The notes beneath the pieces were generated by a model. That model was not told where the DNA came from. It saw nothing but the letters and a program-made list of their open reading frames with translations, and made no database searches. Positions 55,976 to 63,892 of a stretch of 64,000 nt of DNA are shown here, one piece after another. The first letter of the stretch is position 1, and each line of letters starts with the position of its first letter. This DNA is from an uncultured virus (IMG/VR IMGVR_UViG_3300030110_003684) (Duplodnaviria; Heunggongvirae; Uroviricota; Caudoviricetes). The translations under genes were made by a program, and so were the position numbers. Where the stretch lies: the IMG/VR virus record IMGVR_UViG_3300030110_003684. One strand, given 5' to 3'.

Positions 55976-56595
55976 TGCCAGTCTATCGTCATACTATTAG
56001 AAACTTTCCTGATCCTGAAAAAAAGTTTCTGTTCATTCATATACCAAGAACTGCGGGAAGATTTTTTACTGAAAATATTAAACTTAATAATTTTGAGTTA
56101 GAAAGTCAATTTATTTGGAAAAGTGTTGATGGTATTGAGCCTGCACACTTTCATAAAGAGTTGTATGAAAAGCACTTCGATGTCTCTGATATTCCTCACA
56201 TTGCAGTTGTAAGAAATCCCATCGATAGATTTATATCAACCTCTATCTTTCTTACAAGAATGTATGGTGATGATATTCAGGAAGTTATGGAAGATCCTAT
56301 GATGTTTGGTATGATGCTTGAGAATTTTCCACTTACTGAAGGTGCAAACTGGTTTAGACCACAAATGGATTTCATTTCATCTCAAACAAATATTTGGAAA
56401 CTAGAGTGGGGATTTGGTGAGGACTTTGAAGAATGGATGAGTGAAACACTTGATGTAGAATTTGTAATAAAAGATGTGCCATATAAAAAACTGTCTACTA
56501 ATGAAACCAAAAAATTAGTAAAGACTGATAGACTGATTGATAATATTAAACAACTTTATGTAAAGGATTTTGAAGTTTTATATCCAGAGGATTAA
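55975..56595 (+). CDS. Sulfotransferase-family protein
   Basis: 5'-PSB-like 'FIHIPRTAGR', 3'-PB 'VRNPIDRFIS', 'FRPQ', 'Y.KDF'. Confidence 0.8.
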   Translation: MPVYRHTIRNFPDPEKKFLFIHIPRTAGRFFTENIKLNNFELESQFIWKSVDGIEPAHFHKELYEKHFDVSDIPHIAVVRNPIDRFISTSIFLTRMYGDDIQEVMEDPMMFGMMLENFPLTEGANWFRPQMDFISSQTNIWKLEWGFGEDFEEWMSETLDVEFVIKDVPYKKLSTNETKKLVKTDRLIDNIKQLYVKDFEVLYPED

Positions 56596-56630
56596 TCTAA
56601 CAAAAACTTCATTAAGTTAGCATACGAACA

Positions 56631-56637
56631 CTAAATA
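56631..56637 (+). promoter_or_regulatory. T4-like late promoter
   Basis: CTAAATA in the intergenic region before the 60-aa Cys-rich ORF. Confidence 0.5.
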
Positions 56638-56701
56638 GTAACAGAATTGGAGAAATGGATGAATTTAACTCCCTATATTATTTTTTCATGAGGAGGAGAT
56701 C

Positions 56702-56884
56702 ATGCACAATCTAGTATCATTTAATCAATTAGCAGACTGGACTAGAAGTCTTAAAAAACTTAGTCACACTCTAGAAACTACAATAGAGGAGAGCGATCAA
56801 ATCAACGATTACTACGAATGTTTAATCGACTGTAGTGATGATCAATCAACGTGTAAACGTATTTGCAGAACAATTTTAACCTGA
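56702..56884 (+). CDS. Small Cys-rich protein (C-x3-C-x6-C-x3-C)
   Basis: Strong RBS GAGGAGG; 60 aa ending 'YYECLIDCSDDQSTCKRICRTILT'. Confidence 0.8.
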   Translation: MHNLVSFNQLADWTRSLKKLSHTLETTIEESDQINDYYECLIDCSDDQSTCKRICRTILT

Positions 56885-56918
56885 CCAAGACCAACCAATT
56901 GGAGAACTGTCACCTAAT

Positions 56919-56950
56919 ACCCCCGCCATAAGGTGGGGGTTTGGTATTAT
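56919..56950 (+). promoter_or_regulatory. GC hairpin followed by an extended -10 element
   Basis: ACCCCCGCC-ATAA-GGTGGGGGT, then TGG-TATTAT(56945-56950), 21 nt before ATG 56972. Confidence 0.55.
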
Positions 56951-56971
56951 AGGGACATCGACAGAAAACGC

Positions 56972-59089
56972 ATGACTGTTAAGCACGAAATCAAATCTCA
57001 ACTCGCTAAACTTCTTGCCACTGAAGATTTGATTGTGGAGCACAAACAGACAGAGACTGCTTGCTTTAACGTTCATACCCGCGTTCTAACGCTTCCAATG
57101 TGGGAAAGGGCAAGCAACACAGTATATGACCTTCTGGTGGGTCATGAAGTTGGTCACGCACTCTTTACACCTGATGAGAACTGGTTGGAAAAGGTAGCAG
57201 TTCCTCCTCAGTTTGTAAATGTGGTTGAGGATGCACGTATTGAAAAAATGATGAAACGTAAATATGCTGGATTAGGAAAAACTTTCTATCATGGTTACAA
57301 AGAATTACAAGACGAGGACTTTTTCTCTATATCTGACAGCAATGTTGCTGATCTCAATCTTGCTGATCGTGCAAATCTTTACTTTAAGGTCGGTAATTTT
57401 CTAGACATTACTTTCAGTGAAGAAGAAATGCCAATCATTCGTATGATTGAAGGTTGCGAAACTTTTGATGAAGTCTTGCAAGCAGCAGAAAAATTATATT
57501 TGTTTTGTAAGAAGCAACAAGATGAAGACGCAAAAAAACCAGATAATAAAACAGAGAATCAGCAACCTGCATCAGAGATTGTTGATGAAGATGCAAAGGA
57601 TGAAGTTGAACATGAATCTGATGATAAAGTAGATCAGTCTCAAGAACCTATTTCCTCTGATCAGAATTTTCAGTCGGACAAGAAAGATGACCTTAAGGTC
57701 GAAACTGCTGATTCTCTCAGCGATAACATTAAAGATCTTATCGATGAGCACTCAAGCGAAACTGTTTATCTTGAGGTTCCAAAGGTTAATCTTGATACCG
57801 TGATTGCTAGTAACACTGATGTTCATGATTACATCAATTGGTGGTGGTCTCGTTATGATCAGTTTGAAACTCCTGTCTTTGAAAATCCAGATCAAGAGTT
57901 TGTTAAATTTAAACGTAATGCACAGAAAGAAGTCAATTATCTAGTGAAAGAGTTTGAGTGTCGCAAGGCAGCAGACTCATATGCCCGTGCATCAACTGCT
58001 CGCACTGGTGTCCTTGATACGTCTAATCTTCACACGTACAAATACAACGAAGATCTGTTCAAGAAAGTTACCGTTCTTCCTGATGGCAAGAACCATGGTC
58101 TAGTATTTGTTCTTGACTGGTCTGGATCCATGTCTAATGTCATGACTGATACTTGCAAACAATTGTTTAATCTTGTTTGGTTCTGTAAAAAGGTTAATAT
58201 TCCTTTTGAAGTCTATGCATTCACTAATGAGTGGAATCGTAAGCATATTGGTGAAAATGGAGAAGACATTGCTGCGAATCTCACTCCTCATTTTGAAAAG
58301 AGAGAGGGATTGTTTGTTGTTGAACATGACTTTAGTATGATGAATATTCTCTCCAGTAAAGTTTCTGGCAAAGAGTTGGAAAAGCAAATGATCAGTATTT
58401 GGAGACTTGCTTATTCTTTTGGACGTTCATATGCAACCTCTTATGCTTGGCCTGATCGTCTCAGTCTTTCAGGAACTCCTTTAAACGAATCTCTTGTTTG
58501 CTTGCATCAAATTCTTCCAAAGTTTCAACGTGATAATAGACTACAAAAAATTCAATGTATTGTCCTGACTGATGGTGAGGCAAACGCTCTAGCACAATAT
58601 AAAGAAATCAAACGTTATTGGGAGAGTGATTGTCAACCTTTTCTTGGACATAAACGTATTGATCCAAGCAATACTATTTTACGTGATCGTAAACTTGGAA
58701 CAACATATAAGATGGGATATTCATATCATGAGTTTACTAATGTGATGCTGCGTAATCTTAAGGACAAGTTCTCTGACGTAAACTTTATTGGTATGCGTGT
58801 TCTTGCATCTCGTGATGTTGGAAACTTTATGCGTATTCATAATAATCCTGGTGAAGATGAATTCAACCGTATTCAAAAAGAGTGGAAGAAAGAAAAAAGT
58901 TTTTGTATTAAAAACTCTGGGTATGATGCATATTTTGGATTGTCTTCAAATTCTTTGTCTCAAGATTCCGAGTTTGAAGTTGATGAAGGTGCCAGCAAAG
59001 CAAAGATCAAGAGTGCTTTTGTCAAATCCTTGAAAGTCAAAAAACTAAATAAGAAAGTATTAGGCGAGTTTATTTCTTTGGTGGCATGA
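56972..59089 (+). CDS. HExxH metallopeptidase-like plus VWA domain protein (CobT-like partner of AAA ATPase)
   Basis: 'GHEVGHAL', 'NVVEDARIE', acidic linker, MIDAS 'LDWSGSM', 'LSGTPLNE', 'LTDGEA'; ATG 56972 preferred over GTG 56933. Confidence 0.85.
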   Translation: MTVKHEIKSQLAKLLATEDLIVEHKQTETACFNVHTRVLTLPMWERASNTVYDLLVGHEVGHALFTPDENWLEKVAVPPQFVNVVEDARIEKMMKRKYAGLGKTFYHGYKELQDEDFFSISDSNVADLNLADRANLYFKVGNFLDITFSEEEMPIIRMIEGCETFDEVLQAAEKLYLFCKKQQDEDAKKPDNKTENQQPASEIVDEDAKDEVEHESDDKVDQSQEPISSDQNFQSDKKDDLKVETADSLSDNIKDLIDEHSSETVYLEVPKVNLDTVIASNTDVHDYINWWWSRYDQFETPVFENPDQEFVKFKRNAQKEVNYLVKEFECRKAADSYARASTARTGVLDTSNLHTYKYNEDLFKKVTVLPDGKNHGLVFVLDWSGSMSNVMTDTCKQLFNLVWFCKKVNIPFEVYAFTNEWNRKHIGENGEDIAANLTPHFEKREGLFVVEHDFSMMNILSSKVSGKELEKQMISIWRLAYSFGRSYATSYAWPDRLSLSGTPLNESLVCLHQILPKFQRDNRLQKIQCIVLTDGEANALAQYKEIKRYWESDCQPFLGHKRIDPSNTILRDRKLGTTYKMGYSYHEFTNVMLRNLKDKFSDVNFIGMRVLASRDVGNFMRIHNNPGEDEFNRIQKEWKKEKSFCIKNSGYDAYFGLSSNSLSQDSEFEVDEGASKAKIKSAFVKSLKVKKLNKKVLGEFISLVA

Positions 59090-59244
59090 GCAAAAATCAG
59101 TTACCAGAGTGGAAGGTTAGAGCATTACAAGATCCTTCTGTAAATGATAAACAAGCACGAATCATTATGGATGGACCAAAGCGTCTAACCGATGCGTGGT
59201 TTCTCCAAGCAATGAAGTTCAAATATGGACGATCTGGAGACTGA
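59086..59244 (+). CDS. Small hypothetical protein (52 aa)
   Basis: ATGA overlap with the upstream gene; MSKNQLPEWKVRALQDPSVNDKQARIIMDGPKRLTDAWFLQAMKFKYGRSGD. Confidence 0.65.
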   Translation: MSKNQLPEWKVRALQDPSVNDKQARIIMDGPKRLTDAWFLQAMKFKYGRSGD

Positions 59245-59249
59245 CCACT

Positions 59250-59273
59250 AGGGGGTTTCATAACCCCCTTTTT
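59250..59273 (+). terminator. Rho-independent terminator-like hairpin overlapping the next promoter
   Basis: AGGGGGTT-TCAT-AACCCCCT then TTTT; TATAAT follows at 59278-59283. Confidence 0.7.
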
Positions 59274-59304
59274 CGTATATAATAACTTCAGTTAAACAAA
59301 GCAA

Positions 59305-60396
59305 ATGGGTTTGTCCACTTCATCCATTATTACTTCTCTTCAAGATGCATTTGGTCCAGAAGTTACCTCTGGTGATATTCGTGGATGGTGTGCTATGAAT
59401 GATTGCAACTACCAAACCGTCACTAACAAACTTACAGATTACAAAATTAGTCGCGGTAAATGGAATCTGGAAGTAACAAAAGAGACAGTAGAAGAACTAG
59501 AAGTATCATATAGTGCTCCTGCTGCAGTTCCAGCGATTGAACAAAACCTTATCCCCCGTAAAGATGATACCTTCGTCAGCTTTGGTAACTTTGTTGATAT
59601 TAAAAAAATTATTAAGTCCGATTTATTTTATCCAACATTTATTACAGGATTGTCTGGTAATGGAAAAACTTTCTCGGTTGAACAAGCGTGTGCTCAATTG
59701 GGTCGTGAACTCATCCGAGTCAACATCACAGTAGAGACTGATGAGGATGATCTCATTGGCGGTTTCCGTCTTATTAATGGTGAAACCGTTTGGCACAATG
59801 GACCAGTCATTGAAGCACTGCAGCGTGGTGCCGTGTTGCTTCTTGACGAAATCGACCTTGCCTCAAACAAAATCCTCTGCCTCCAATCTATTCTTGAGGG
59901 TAAAGGAGTTTTTCTCAAGAAAATCGGAAAGTTCATCACCCCTGCCGATGGATTCCAAGTATTTGCTACGGCAAACACTAAAGGTAAAGGATCCGAGGAC
60001 GGGCGATTTATTGGAACTAACGTGCTTAACGAGGCGTTCCTTGAGAGATTCCCTGTAACCTTTGAGCAAGAGTATCCTAACCCTACACAAGAAATCAAGA
60101 TTCTTGAAAATGTTGCCCGCGATCTAAAAGTAGTTGCTCCTGACTTCTGTAAGCGTCTTGCTGACTGGGCTGACATCATCCGTAAGACATTCTATGATGG
60201 TGGTATTGAAGAGGTTATCAGCACCCGCCGCCTAGTCCATATCGTTCGTGCATACAGCATCTTCAATGATAAGGCAAAGGCAATTCAGGTTTGTGTCAAT
60301 CGTTTTGATGATGAAACCAAGCAGGCATTCTTGGAACTGTATGACAAGGTTGATGCAGATTTCCAAATGCCAATTGACGAGGAGGTGCAATCCTGA
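59305..60396 (+). CDS. cobS: MoxR/CobS-like AAA+ ATPase
   Basis: Walker A 'GLSGNGKT', 'ETDEDDLIGG', Walker B 'LLLDEID', 'ATANTKG.G', 'NEAFLERF', 'ISTRRL'; usually annotated cobS in cyanophages. Confidence 0.85.
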   Translation: MGLSTSSIITSLQDAFGPEVTSGDIRGWCAMNDCNYQTVTNKLTDYKISRGKWNLEVTKETVEELEVSYSAPAAVPAIEQNLIPRKDDTFVSFGNFVDIKKIIKSDLFYPTFITGLSGNGKTFSVEQACAQLGRELIRVNITVETDEDDLIGGFRLINGETVWHNGPVIEALQRGAVLLLDEIDLASNKILCLQSILEGKGVFLKKIGKFITPADGFQVFATANTKGKGSEDGRFIGTNVLNEAFLERFPVTFEQEYPNPTQEIKILENVARDLKVVAPDFCKRLADWADIIRKTFYDGGIEEVISTRRLVHIVRAYSIFNDKAKAIQVCVNRFDDETKQAFLELYDKVDADFQMPIDEEVQS

Positions 60397-60402
60397 TATA
60401 AT
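60374..60402 (+). promoter_or_regulatory. sigma70-type promoter
   Basis: TTGACG(60374-60379)-N17-TATAAT(60397-60402), with TG extension. Confidence 0.7.
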
Positions 60403-60894
60403 ATGACTAACGCATGGTCCTTTCTATTTGACGAATTAAATATGTCCAATCAAAATTATTGGGAAGAGGACGGATTCAGTATTGTGGGTAATCCCGGTAC
60501 TGCATCCCCAGACATTATTAACTTTGGTGGTTCTCATCTTCCAGGTGGTATTGGTGATGATCATATCACATTTACCACAGATGTTCCTAATGCTAAAACT
60601 TCTAATAGTATAAAGAAGTATAGCGAAGATGAAATTATCAAAGAACTAAAAGATTACATCACCAGAACATATGATCAGCATTATTCTGCTGGTGATGATA
60701 AGATTCAGACTCTTGATCTTATCGAAGCTTGTGGTGACGGTGAGGCATTCTGTCGCAGCAACATTCTCAAGTATGCGTCACGATATGATAAGAAGGGCAC
60801 TGCCCGTCGTGACATTATGAAGATTCTGCATTATGCTGTGCTCCTAATGCATTTTAACGACAAGAATGCACAACGTGAAACTTACCCTCAGTGA
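60403..60894 (+). CDS. DUF3310-like protein (start may be ATG 60442)
   Basis: 'QHYS....IQTLDLI......FC.SNILKYASRY.KKG....D..KILHYA.L'. Confidence 0.7.
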   Translation: MTNAWSFLFDELNMSNQNYWEEDGFSIVGNPGTASPDIINFGGSHLPGGIGDDHITFTTDVPNAKTSNSIKKYSEDEIIKELKDYITRTYDQHYSAGDDKIQTLDLIEACGDGEAFCRSNILKYASRYDKKGTARRDIMKILHYAVLLMHFNDKNAQRETYPQ

Positions 60895-61577
60895 TGAAAA
60901 CTCGACCCCCTATGAAACTCTCTGACAAGACCATCTCTGTTTTGAAGAACTTTTCTTCAATCAATCAGTCTATCTTATTTAAAGAGGGTAATAAACTTCG
61001 CACTATTAGTGTGATGAAAAACATCCTCGCAGAAGCAACCGTATCTGAAGACTTTTCTAAAGACTTTGGGATCTATGATCTCAATCAGTTTCTTAATGGT
61101 ATGAGTCTGCACCAGAGTCCTGAACTCGACTTTGCTAATGATGGTTATGTTGTTATTCGCGAAGGCAAAATGCGCTCCAAGTATTTTTTCGCAGATCCAA
61201 ATGTAATCGTCACCCCTCCAGAAAAAGACATTTCTCTTCCTAGTGAAGATGTTTGTTTTGAACTAAGCACGGAGCAACTGGACAAACTACTTAAAGCAGC
61301 TGCAGTATATCAACTTCCTGATATTTCTGCTGTCGGTGAAGCAGGTGTAGTTAAACTTGTGGTTCGTGATAAGAAGAATAACACTTCTAATGACTTTTCT
61401 GTTGTAGTTGGTGAGACTGATGGGCAGTTCTCATTTAACTTTAAAGTTGAGAATATTAAGATCCTTCCTGGAACTTATGAAGTAGTTGTGTCTCAAAAAC
61501 TTCTATCCCGTTTTACAAGTAAGAACCATGACCTCACTTACTACATCGCACTTGAACCAGATTCCACCTTCGAGTAA
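60891..61577 (+). CDS. gp45: Sliding clamp gp45
   Basis: 'MKLSDKTISVLKNFSSINQSI', 'FGIYDLNQFL', 'ENIKILPGTY.V', 'YYIALE'; true start may be 60894 or 60912. Confidence 0.95.
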   Translation: MMKTRPPMKLSDKTISVLKNFSSINQSILFKEGNKLRTISVMKNILAEATVSEDFSKDFGIYDLNQFLNGMSLHQSPELDFANDGYVVIREGKMRSKYFFADPNVIVTPPEKDISLPSEDVCFELSTEQLDKLLKAAAVYQLPDISAVGEAGVVKLVVRDKKNNTSNDFSVVVGETDGQFSFNFKVENIKILPGTYEVVVSQKLLSRFTSKNHDLTYYIALEPDSTFE

Positions 61578-61664
61578 AAGAAACTATCAAGGTCCCCTCT
61601 ATGCTCCATGGTGGAAAGTTGAGGAGGGGAAAAAACAATTTCGTGAATGGTTAAAAAAACAAAA

Positions 61665-62000
61665 GTGAAACACATTCTTTTTACTCTAAAGGGTTGTCCT
61701 TTTGATTTGCTCGATGATAAAGAGTTCATACGAATGATTTTGTTTAGAGCATCAAAAGAATGTAAGTCAACATTACTTGACTTGACAGTGCATAAGTTTG
61801 ATCCACAAGGTGTGACTGGAATTGCTATGCTTGCTGAGAGTCATCTCAGTATTCATACTTGGCCAGAGAATGGTATGGCAGTTTGTGATGTCTTTACTTG
61901 TGGTGATACTGCTATACCTGAAAATGGTGTAGAATATATGAAAGAGCAATTGAAGGCAACTGATATTGTATCTAATGAATTTGTTCGACCTTTGGAATGA
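61665..62000 (+). CDS. speD: S-adenosylmethionine decarboxylase proenzyme
   Basis: 'HKFDPQGVT...LAESHLSIHTWPE.G....DVFTCG' with the pyruvoyl E|SH self-cleavage site; start GTG 61665 or ATG 61647. Confidence 0.9.
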   Translation: MKHILFTLKGCPFDLLDDKEFIRMILFRASKECKSTLLDLTVHKFDPQGVTGIAMLAESHLSIHTWPENGMAVCDVFTCGDTAIPENGVEYMKEQLKATDIVSNEFVRPLE

Positions 62001-62146
62001 AAACTACTTTAACAGTCGATGAAAATGGGATTCTAACCTTCCCCGATGAACTTATCAAAGAAACTGGTTGGGAGGAAGGAGATGTGCTAGAATGGATCCC
62101 TAATGATGATGGTTCGTTTACTTTGGTGAAAAAAGAACATGCGTGA
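61997..62146 (+). CDS. AbrB/MazE/SpoVT-like small DNA-binding protein (49 aa)
   Basis: MKTTLTVDENGILTFPDELIKETGWEEGDVLEWIPNDDGSFTLVKKEHA; 'LTFPDEL....GW.EGD.LEW' swapped-hairpin signature; ATGA overlap. Confidence 0.75.
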   Translation: MKTTLTVDENGILTFPDELIKETGWEEGDVLEWIPNDDGSFTLVKKEHA

Positions 62147-63083
62147 TGAATTTCTTTGGGTTGAAAAATACAGACCCAAAACTATTGATGAGTGTATTTT
62201 ACCACCAAGTATTAAGAGGACTTTTCAAGACTTCCTAGATAAAGGTGAGATACCAAATATGCTCCTTGCAGGTCCTGCTGGGTGTGGAAAGACTACGGTA
62301 GCAAAAGCACTCTGCAATGAATTAGGAGTAGATTTTTATGTCATCAACGGATCCGATGAAGGACGATTCCTCGATACCGTCAGAAATACTGCGAAGAATT
62401 TCGCTTCGACCGTCTCGCTTTCTTCAACTGCAAAACACAAAGTCATCATCATTGATGAGGCAGATAACACAACCAATGATGTACAACTCCTCCTACGGGC
62501 GTTTATTGAGGAGTTTAGTGGCAACTGCAGATTCATCTTTACCTGCAACTTCAAAAACAAAATTCTCGAACCACTTCATTCCCGCACAACGGTTGTCGAG
62601 TTCTCCATTAAGGGAAAAGATAGACAGGGACTTGCAGCCTCATTCTTCAAACGTATCCAAGAAATCCTGGATACAGAAGGTGTTAAATATGATAACAAGG
62701 TCCTGGTAGAACTCATTAACAAACACTTCCCAGATTGGAGACGTGTTCTTAATGAGTGTCAACGATACTCTTCTTCTGGTACTATTGATCCTGGTATTCT
62801 TGCAACATTTAGTGATGTAAAAGTAAATGACTTGGTTAAGAAACTTAAGCAGAAAGATTTTCCCGAAGTACGTAAATGGGTTGTCAATAACCTGGACAAT
62901 GATACTTCTGTTCTACTGCGTCGTATTTACGATGCTTGTTATGATTCCATGGTTCCGAATAGTATTCCTGCTGCTGTGCTTACTCTCGCTAAGTATCAGT
63001 ATCAAATGGCATTTGTTGCGGATCAGGAAATAAATATGCTTGCGTGTTTGACTGAGATTATGGTGGAGTGTGAATTCAAATGA
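62139..63083 (+). CDS. gp44: Clamp loader large subunit gp44
   Basis: 'LWVEKYRPKTI', 'GPAGCGKTT', 'IIIDEAD', 'FPDWRRVLNECQRY', 'ADQEIN..ACLTE.M'. Confidence 0.97.
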   Translation: MRDEFLWVEKYRPKTIDECILPPSIKRTFQDFLDKGEIPNMLLAGPAGCGKTTVAKALCNELGVDFYVINGSDEGRFLDTVRNTAKNFASTVSLSSTAKHKVIIIDEADNTTNDVQLLLRAFIEEFSGNCRFIFTCNFKNKILEPLHSRTTVVEFSIKGKDRQGLAASFFKRIQEILDTEGVKYDNKVLVELINKHFPDWRRVLNECQRYSSSGTIDPGILATFSDVKVNDLVKKLKQKDFPEVRKWVVNNLDNDTSVLLRRIYDACYDSMVPNSIPAAVLTLAKYQYQMAFVADQEINMLACLTEIMVECEFK

Positions 63084-63251
63084 AGCATTATAATAATTAT
63101 TATGTGAAGTTTGATGATGATGAACTGCGACAGATCTTGGAAGAGATTAGTAATGNNNNNNNNNNGTAAGAATAATGAGTGCATTGGGAGAGACTATTGA
63201 TCCCATAGATAAGTTCCATGCAACTATCGCATATTATAATAATGAAGTTTA
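63080..63251 (+). CDS. Small hypothetical protein interrupted by an assembly gap
   Basis: MKHYNNYYVKFDDDELRQILEEISN-[N gap]-VRIMSALGETIDPIDKFHATIAYYNNEV*; continuity across the gap is assumed. Confidence 0.4.
63156..63165. other. Assembly gap (10 N)
   Basis: nnnnnnnnnn in the sequence. Confidence 1.
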
Positions 63252-63523
63252 AAGCATTAGTATTCATCCGTCTGAGGTCACAGGTTGACGACTCACCTGG
63301 CAATGCTGTGAGAGATGCCTGTAAGCGATTGTCTGAACTCAATATCAAGAAACTTAGATTGGGTAAGGTAGTTGATGTTTGGTTGGAAGCAGAGACTAGA
63401 GAGTATGCTGAGAAGGAATTGGAAATGCTCTCTGATAGATTCCTTGCTAATAAAGTCATGGAAGACTGGGATTATGAACTGACTGAGATTGAAAACTTCC
63501 CCAAAGGTATTGACAATGGATGA
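63242..63523 (+). CDS. purS: Phosphoribosylformylglycinamidine synthase subunit PurS
   Basis: 'MKFKA.V.I.LR..V.D..G.AV..A..RL......LRLGK...V.LEA.....A...LE.L.DR.LAN.V.ED'. Confidence 0.88.
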   Translation: MKFKALVFIRLRSQVDDSPGNAVRDACKRLSELNIKKLRLGKVVDVWLEAETREYAEKELEMLSDRFLANKVMEDWDYELTEIENFPKGIDNG

Positions 63524-63710
63524 TTTTAACGCACCAGGATCTGATAAAATAGGAATCACTCCTGTATTTACAGACTTCATAGTTAATTTACAGATAGATA
63601 ATGTGGTGAAGATATTAGATGCTAAGATCGAACGTTGTAATGTGTATAATAGTGATAATCGAGATGAAGTATACAAACAAATAACTATTACCTACAAAGA
63701 TACTGTATAA
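63516..63710 (+). CDS. Hypothetical protein
   Basis: ATG 63516 overlapping the purS end; MDDFNAPGSDKIG... Confidence 0.6.
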   Translation: MDDFNAPGSDKIGITPVFTDFIVNLQIDNVVKILDAKIERCNVYNSDNRDEVYKQITITYKDTV

Positions 63711-63892
63711 TGCCAAGTGAATTTGATTATGTCGAAGCACCTACGGAAGGTAAAGTAGATAAGTGGGGGTTTACAATCAAACCTCCTATATGCGATAATG
63801 AGGTTATCATTAGATGCCTTAAGAATGCCCCTTGTGGTATTGATAGAAAACAAGCAGAACGATTAATTAAACATTATGAAAACCAAGATTAA
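63710..63892 (+). CDS. Hypothetical protein
   Basis: 60 aa, TAATG-coupled. Confidence 0.65.
   Translation: MPSEFDYVEAPTEGKVDKWGFTIKPPICDNEVIIRCLKNAPCGIDRKQAERLIKHYENQD

Noticed and set aside
56702..56884. CP12 call for the Cys-rich peptide
   Set aside because: Lacks the AWD.VEEL core and the C-terminal CxxxPxxxxC spacing of CP12
56933..56971. GTG start of the 718-aa track ORF
   Set aside because: Falls inside the hairpin/-10 element; ATG 56972 is more plausible
50867..63036. ATAAATA matches inside uvsW (50867), gp46 (54459) and gp44 (63030)
   Set aside because: A 7-mer is expected by chance in AT-rich DNA, and these are not positioned before recognisable late genes
63100..63459. Minus-strand ORF spanning the N run
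   Set aside because: Antisense to purS and crosses an assembly gap of uncertain true length
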